From contig NW_027361749.1 of assembly GCF_039654945.1 (NCBI RefSeq), positions 12,648,001-12,712,000 of the forward strand: DNA of 64,000 bases, given 5' to 3'. This stretch comes from Dendrobates tinctorius. Taxonomy: Eukaryota. This document shows, piece after piece, positions 63,601-64,000 of this stretch. A program made the position numbers and the translations under genes. The notes under the pieces are model-generated. The model did not search any database, was not told the origin of the DNA, and saw only the letters and a program-made list of their open reading frames with translations. Every line of letters begins with the position of its first letter. The stretch's first letter is position 1.

Positions 63601-64000
63601 CGGAAACCATTCAAATGGCTAAATCAAATGGTCATTACGCCATTCTAATTCTCTTGGATCTCTCTGCAGCATTCAAAACTGTGTATCATCAGCTCCTCCT
63701 CACTTTGCTTCGTTCCATTGGCCTCAAGGACACCATTCTCTCCTGGTTTCTCCTATCTCTCTGACCGCTCCTTTACTGTATCTTTTGCTGGCTCCTCCTC
63801 CTCTCATCTTCCCCTTACTGTAGGGGTTCTTCAAGGATCAGTCCTAGGCCCCCTCCTCTTCTCTTTGTACACTGCCCCTATTGGTCAAACAATCAGTAGA
63901 TTTGGTTTCCAGTACCATCTCTATGCTGATGACACCCAATTATACGCTTCTTCTCCTGACATCACACCAGCCGTTCTAGAAAACACCAGCGATTGTCTAA
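63600..64000 (+). pseudogene. L2 LINE reverse transcriptase fragment (continues past window)
   Basis: [28 protein letters not shown] and [11 protein letters not shown] motifs. Confidence 0.92.

Overview
Vertebrate genomic DNA, most likely a frog (inferred from the transposon families present). It is intronic or intergenic and consists largely of transposable elements; no host protein-coding exon could be recognised. The main structure is a nested cluster at about 8.4-18.8 kb. There a Tc1 element is interrupted by a full-length DIRS1-type tyrosine-recombinase retrotransposon (ITRs, ICR, gag, RT/RNaseH/MT, YR), a second Tc1 and a solo LTR. Elsewhere: about ten further Tc1/mariner copies (one with an intact 343-aa DD34E ORF, one TRT/DD37E-like, one rosa-like); a piggyBac clan with a decayed autonomous copy and repeat-filled derivatives; Harbinger, hAT, Kolobok/T2 and pogo-type MITEs; a non-autonomous Helitron; CR1 and L2 LINE fragments; and Penelope-like fragments with hammerhead-like motifs. 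Most interesting: (1) the DIRS shows base-exact conservative integration, an apparent spliceosomal intron in gag and a 1.8-kb dual-coding region; (2) a speculative, heavily decayed papillomavirus E1/E2-like stretch at 5.5-6.9 kb; (3) unrelated non-autonomous elements share a CpG core flanked by outward-facing splice donors; (4) three hammerhead-ribozyme-like motifs. All family assignments are from motifs read by eye; no database search was run.
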